Of a DNA stretch of 64,000 nucleotides, positions 59,201-64,000 are shown in pieces; within the stretch, counting starts at the first letter, position 1; every line of letters begins with the position of its first letter. Origin of the DNA: Callorhinchus milii. Taxonomy: Eukaryota. The notes beneath the pieces are model-generated. The model ran no database searches. It worked only from the letters and a program-made list of their open reading frames with translations, and was not told where the DNA came from. The translations under genes and the position numbers were made by a program. The stretch spans positions 17,856,001 through 17,920,000 of the forward strand of contig NW_024704749.1 in assembly GCF_018977255.1 (NCBI RefSeq), read 5' to 3'.

Positions 59201-61554
59201 TGTTTGTCAAGAGACCTTAAGCACTGTGTGTGTAATACTGCAAACGAATCCCAAGCACTATCCTCATGAGTATCCTACCTGGAAACTTTGGGCCTGGGGT
59301 GGAATTGTATGAAATCCAGGGCGCCAGTGGTTCCCGTGAGTTCCTGTCCTTGTCCACAGCAGCACCTCGGCAGACCCCAACTGTTGCACTATCAGATTCA
59401 GTGTCCCTGCAGGGAGAACAACAACAACAGCAGCAACACATTACATTTGTACAGCGACTTTCCACAGGCTCATAAAACGGAGGCGCGTGGAGTAAACCTC
59501 CGTGTTATTTACTTTAGCGTTTTTTTGAAATCAATCCCTTGCTTTCTTCGGCTGAGCGAGCGAGCGAGGAAGAGGGGAAGGCGTTGTCGGAACAGCTTGT
59601 GACTCCTGCAAAATGGGGCGGGGAAATGTGAAGCGGTGCAAGGTGTGATCTGGATAGACTGTGCGTACTTGAGATGATTGTAAAAAAGAGCCAATGTTCC
59701 TCGTTTCACTGAACACAGGAGAAGAGTGTTTTTCCCACAGTTTTAATACAGGGTTTGAGGCCGTGGGATCTCCTTCGTGGCGAGGATGAGGATCAATTTT
59801 GTTAGCAATGAAATGTAGCCGTAGCAGCTACAGGGGGCAGCCCTGATGGTGCAGTGGATAGAGCTGCATCTTAAAGATGAAAATAATACTAACACTAATA
59901 GTAATATTTCTTGCATTTGATGTTGCGCCTTATCACGTCTCAAAGCACTTCACAGAATATACTGTAAAGTGAATTGACTGCATATTTTGTGGGCGAAATG
60001 CGGCAGCCAATAGCACACAGCGGGGTCCCACAAGCAGTCGTGGATTGAGTGATCAAATTATTATTATTGTTCTTTTATTCGGAGGGATTATCACCCCCAG
60101 AAAAGTGACTAATCAGCAGCTTCCCATTTACTGCTCGGTAAACAGAGGTGTGTGGGGTGAGGAAATTTGCCTAATGTTTCGCCCTGCCCGGGAATCGAAG
60201 ACGGGTCTTCTCGCTTGCGAGGCGAGTGTTCCAATCAATGCGCTATTGCACTCCGCATTTATAGAGAAGTCCATATTACAGGGAATCAATGCGCTGATCA
60301 ACGGGAGGCTACACTGGCCCCCAGCCTTCCCGGGATTAGGGAGGAAAAAACAGCCAGAGTTCCTGCTCCTGGTCCTTCCATCTGTTGTGCATGTCAGGCA
60401 CTTGTCTCCGTGGGGAGAAAATTATAAATAAATAGCTCACTAAATAAGTTTTTTTTAACTAAAGTAATATGGCTTGTGAGGCGAGTCCTCTAACCAATAC
60501 GTTGGGGTATTTTCTTGCTCCAGCCCTCCTCATTCTTCCTCTCGCATGGCGAGAGTGAGGGGGTGGGGGAATAGAAACACATAGACTGTACTTACCAACC
60601 CGAGGTCCGTACATGTGATAATAGAAGGAAAGGCACTGATCTGCTACTGTGGCTACCTGATCGATTGTGATCACCCGAGCCTTGAGAGCAGCTGAAGAGT
60701 TTTGTGAAGCCACAATGTAATGACCTGAATTAGGAAAAAGCAGAAACCGAATGAGAGGAAGAACTTGGGGTTTTAATGCGCAACTACATGCTCTTCAGCT
60801 AGAGGTAGGGCCTAACAATATTCTTATTACAATCATTGCATATCATCTTAAAGTGTTTGGCAGGAATTAATAATAATAATAATAATAATATTCACATTTG
60901 ACGTAGTGCCTAATCACGTCGTTTTAAACGTCAGAAAGAGCTTCGAAGAATATACTGTAAAGGTAGTGACTGTGAATTTTGTGGGCGAAAAGTGTCAGAC
61001 AATTGAGCGACCAATTTGTTTTTTATGAGGGATAAATACTTCCAGAAACCAATACAGCAATCGACTAACAGCTGCGTTCCTACTTACTGCCAGTAAACAG
61101 AGGTAGGTCATTTTTATATGTGGGGGTGGGTGGGGGGGTGATGGGGGGTCATTGTGTTGGTTACAACACAGGGAGACATTTCTCCTTTGGAATAGTGTCA
61201 CAGAATCTTTAACATCTACAGGCACAGATGAGACACTGGATTAAGGCCTAATTCAAAGGACGGCACATCTGTCAATGCAGCTCTCCCCACCTTTCAGCAC
61301 TGCACTGAAAAGTCAGCCGCGACTGTGAGCTCAAAAGTCCTCGACATGGATGGAGCTTGAACCCTTCAAAATCTGGCTCAGCCTTTACATCAGTCATGAG
61401 AGAAGGTGCCCCTCTGTGTTTATCTTACCGGTGCCTATGGTATGATCGTACATGGGGCCAATCTTTGCCAGGTTTGGGTTTTTCCCATTGTCTCGAATCC
61501 ACATGGTGTCGTTTTTCCAATCGCAATCTAACACCTCAAAATTGCATGAAATTG
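50205..61554 (-). CDS. MAMDC4: Apical endosomal glycoprotein (endotubin): last 13 coding exons (three MAM domains, TM helix, cytoplasmic tail); 5' part not found in the window
   Basis: Exons (minus): 61554-61429, 60724-60596, 59406-59279, 58637-58418, 57854-57717, 57321-57197, 56384-56294, 56082-55936, 54854-54726, 54188-54064, 52598-52490, 51617-51412, 50255-50205, with consistent phases. MAM signatures CNFE/CTFE/CDFE, DHT..G.Y, CL.F.Y.M.G, IALDD; [21 protein letters not shown]; tail GFDNVIY; C-terminus [16 protein letters not shown]. There are no interleaved LDLa/EGF exons, which favours MAMDC4 over MALRD1. Confidence 0.88.
53600..54000 (-). mobile_element. L2-clade LINE 3' end fragment
   Basis: Minus-strand translation ...[24 protein letters not shown] resembles the L2 ORF2 C-terminus; followed by a 3' UTR ending GGGCACTATATAAATGCAAGTTGTTGTTG. 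Similar fragments at about 6150-6260, 34960-35230, 42080-42270, 45170-45625, 50780-51280, 54430-54660, 58800-59110. Confidence 0.75.
55078..55442 (-). mobile_element. Full-length tRNA-derived SINE
   Basis: Same A/B-box head, body and tail as the 7741-8073 copy. Other copies or fragments at about 7150-7285, 8700-9130, 20245-20415, 24855-24990, 29165-29340, 32200-32335, 34660-34900, 36350-36525, 39630-39795, 40555-40680, 42890-43040, 55680-55820, 57340-57580, 58000-58325, 60870-61105, 61860-62020. Confidence 0.85.
59900..60260 (-). mobile_element. Near full-length SINE of the same family
   Basis: Tail TTGCATTTGAT..GCGCCTTATCACGTC, body GTCCCACAAGCAGTCGTGGATTGAGTGA, and a decayed tRNA-like head near 60190-60255. 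Confidence 0.8.
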
Positions 61555-63593
61555 CTGTCAGGATGAGGAAAGAGAATACTATTAATTTTCAAACATGAAC
61601 TCCTTTGCGAGACCATATATCAGAGTCTATCGGATGTACAGCATATATATAGTATACAGAGCTAGAACATACACTGTTGTAGAACATATCAGAGTATAGT
61701 ACAATGGGATCTTCAGTGTCCACCTGGATAGGCAGATCTTGTTTTATCTCATCTGAAGGACGGCACCTCTGACAATACACCCCACACCCACTCCCTCAAC
61801 ACTGCATTGGAGTTTCAACATAGACTACATGGGTTCCAAGTATCATTGTGGGGCTTCTGACTATTTGCCAATCGACAAACAACAGGGTTCCCAGTTACTC
61901 CTAAGTAAACAGAGGCGTGTGGAATAAGAAAACTTGCCTGAAGTTTAACACCCGCCCGGGAATCAAACCCGGGTCCTCTCACTTGTGAGATGAGTGCTTT
62001 AAGTACTTCGCTACAGGATGAATCGAGGTTTTAAAAGCTACTTTACAAAAGTTGATAAAGTTACCGTCAAGGCTTTGCGAGGCCAGCAGCAACAGCATGA
62101 GACGAGCAGTGACACCCATGAGGAAACCCTCCGTGATGTGCGATCAGCTCCGTGGAATAAAAGCAGTGACAAAGGCAGTATACAACAAAGCGCAGTGTGT
62201 GTGTGTGTGTGCCAAAGCTCCTCACATTGAAAAAAGAGTGGACTTCAGTCGCGCTATCAATGGGTTTAAACTATTTCCCAATTGTCTTGAACTTGGCGCA
62301 ATGTATCTCACATGAATTTGCTGCTGCATCTTCCCTTTAACCCTCTGTGGTACGAGCCTTTCTAAAAGAACTTTGTACAGCAATAACAACAACAACTTTA
62401 CAGTAGATTCTGCAAAGCACCTTGAGGCGTCTCAACGACGTGATACGGCATTATATTCAAAAGCAAGGCTCATTATCAGTACCAACAACTTGCATTTTTC
62501 TAGTACCCTTCACACGAGGCAGTTTGGTGGCATTACAATACAATAATCGTTAAATTTGATATAGCGCCTTTCACAGAGGGAGCGGGTCTCGAAGTGTTTC
62601 ACAGGATTTACTATACAGGGCAATGTAACTTGTAGGAGAACGTGACAGCCAATTTACGCGCAGCATTTTTTTTGTCTCACGAACAGCCGAAGTTCCTAGA
62701 AACCAGGTAACAAGCGAAGCACTGAATTAATCAGCACTGACCTGTGGAGTGGACCACCCCAGCCGCAGAGAATAAATGAGTTCTGTCCGTGACCATCACC
62801 TAACTTGAGCAACAAAAAACAAAGCTAACAGAACTACGATACAAAACCTCAAACAGCAACAACTTAGAAAAGGAATTATATTTTCTTAAAGCACCAAATT
62901 ATAGAAAGTTATATATATATATATAATATATATTATATAGATCTTATGGTGGAAATGGATCAACGTGGGTTAATCGGACCGAATCTCAGGAATTGGCTTG
63001 TGATGGGAAGGAGTGGGATTTAACAAAAGAGTTTTGGGGAAAAGGATAAGAGAATGGAGCTGCACGTCTCCTCAGCACAGGCACAATGGGCTGAATGGCC
63101 TCCTTCTGTGCTGCAATTTTCAGTGGTTATGTCACTCACTTCATGGACGATCGTTATGAACGGTGCTACGACCAAATGGGACTGCCGCTTTCGGTAAAAT
63201 CCTGACAAGCACTTTGGGACGTCTCGACGGTGTGATAAGCCGCTCTATCGAATACGAGGGTTATTGTTATATGGTTCTGTGTTTCCACTGATGTGGTAAA
63301 ATGAAGCAGCTCCCGGGTAACCTTGTATGTGAGAACACAGAGATAGTCGCTGTCCTCGATTGTACTTCAAGGTTATCACATGGAACATTCTCCAGATACT
63401 GATCTGTTTTGCAATAACATCTTTTATTAGCAGCTGCGTTATGGCAATGGCGTTTCAGCAGAAACCTGAGGGCTTTGCTGTCCGGGTTGGGCTCGGTTCA
63501 GAGAAGGGGCATAAGGTTGTGGGTTCAAGCACTTGGATTTGAGCTCAAACACTCCAGGGCGGTACTGGGGGCCACTTCACAGCATATACTCGA

Positions 63594-63932
63594 GGAGTCC
63601 CTTATCATGGTGGTAAGTGCGCGCTCCTCGCAAACAAGAGAACCCTGGTTCGATACCCGGGCGGGTTGAAGCCTTAGGCATGTTTCCTTACTCTGCATGT
63701 CTCTGTTTACCCAGCAGCAAGTAGGAACTCGGTTGTGAGTCGATTGGCAGATCGCTTTCCAGGAATAATAATCCCTTAAAAAAAATTGGTTGCTCAATCC
63801 ACGACTGTTTGTGGGACACTGCTATGCACAATAGGCTCTGTGTTTCGCCCACAAAATACACAGTCAATCCACTTTACAATATATTCTGTCTCAACGATGT
63901 GATAAGGCGCTATATCAATTGCAAGGATTATG
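63594..63932 (+). mobile_element. Near full-length SINE of the same family, plus orientation
   Basis: Head GGAGTCC...GGTTCGATACCC; body CTCAATCCACGACTGTTTGTGGGACAC; tail GATAAGGCGCTATATCAATTGCAAGGATTA. Confidence 0.8.
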
Positions 63933-64000
63933 ACTTATTATACTGTATAAAGAAGCGTCTGTGCATTTTGTAGGCAAATGTGGCAGCCAATTTGACCACA

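Noticed and set aside
62742-62799. AG/GT-bounded 58-nt minus-strand segment, phase-compatible with the next MAMDC4 exon
   Set aside because: Its translation (VMVTDRTHLFSAAGVVHST) lacks the DD/Cys signature expected at the end of the preceding MAM domain; the true upstream exon is probably beyond the window.

Overview
Eukaryotic, intron-rich vertebrate genomic DNA. The repeat landscape (tRNA-head SINEs with (TAA)n tails, Deu-domain SINEs, L2/CR1 remnants) suggests a cartilaginous fish, possibly a chimaera; this is inference. I reconstructed six spliced genes by reading splice sites and codon phases by hand: WDR34/DYNC2I2 (-, 3' end off-window); SET (+, complete, TAF-I beta type, head-to-head with WDR34 across a ~0.8 kb CpG island); an unassigned secreted collagen+C1q-domain gene (+); COQ4 (+, one GC-AG intron); TRUB2 (-, tail-to-tail with COQ4); and the 3' 13 exons of MAMDC4 (-). 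The five named genes are on human 9q34. Most notable: the orphan adiponectin/HP-like C1q gene, with a probable solo LTR just upstream and a stop codon that coincides with a SINE tail; the convergent COQ4/TRUB2 layout with a possible antisense 3' overlap; a perfect 35-bp-arm hairpin in SET intron 1; an R4-clade retrotransposon fossil; and a Penelope-like palindrome with a decayed hammerhead core. Most long ORFs in the supplied track come from simple repeats. I found no clearly new multi-gene system.
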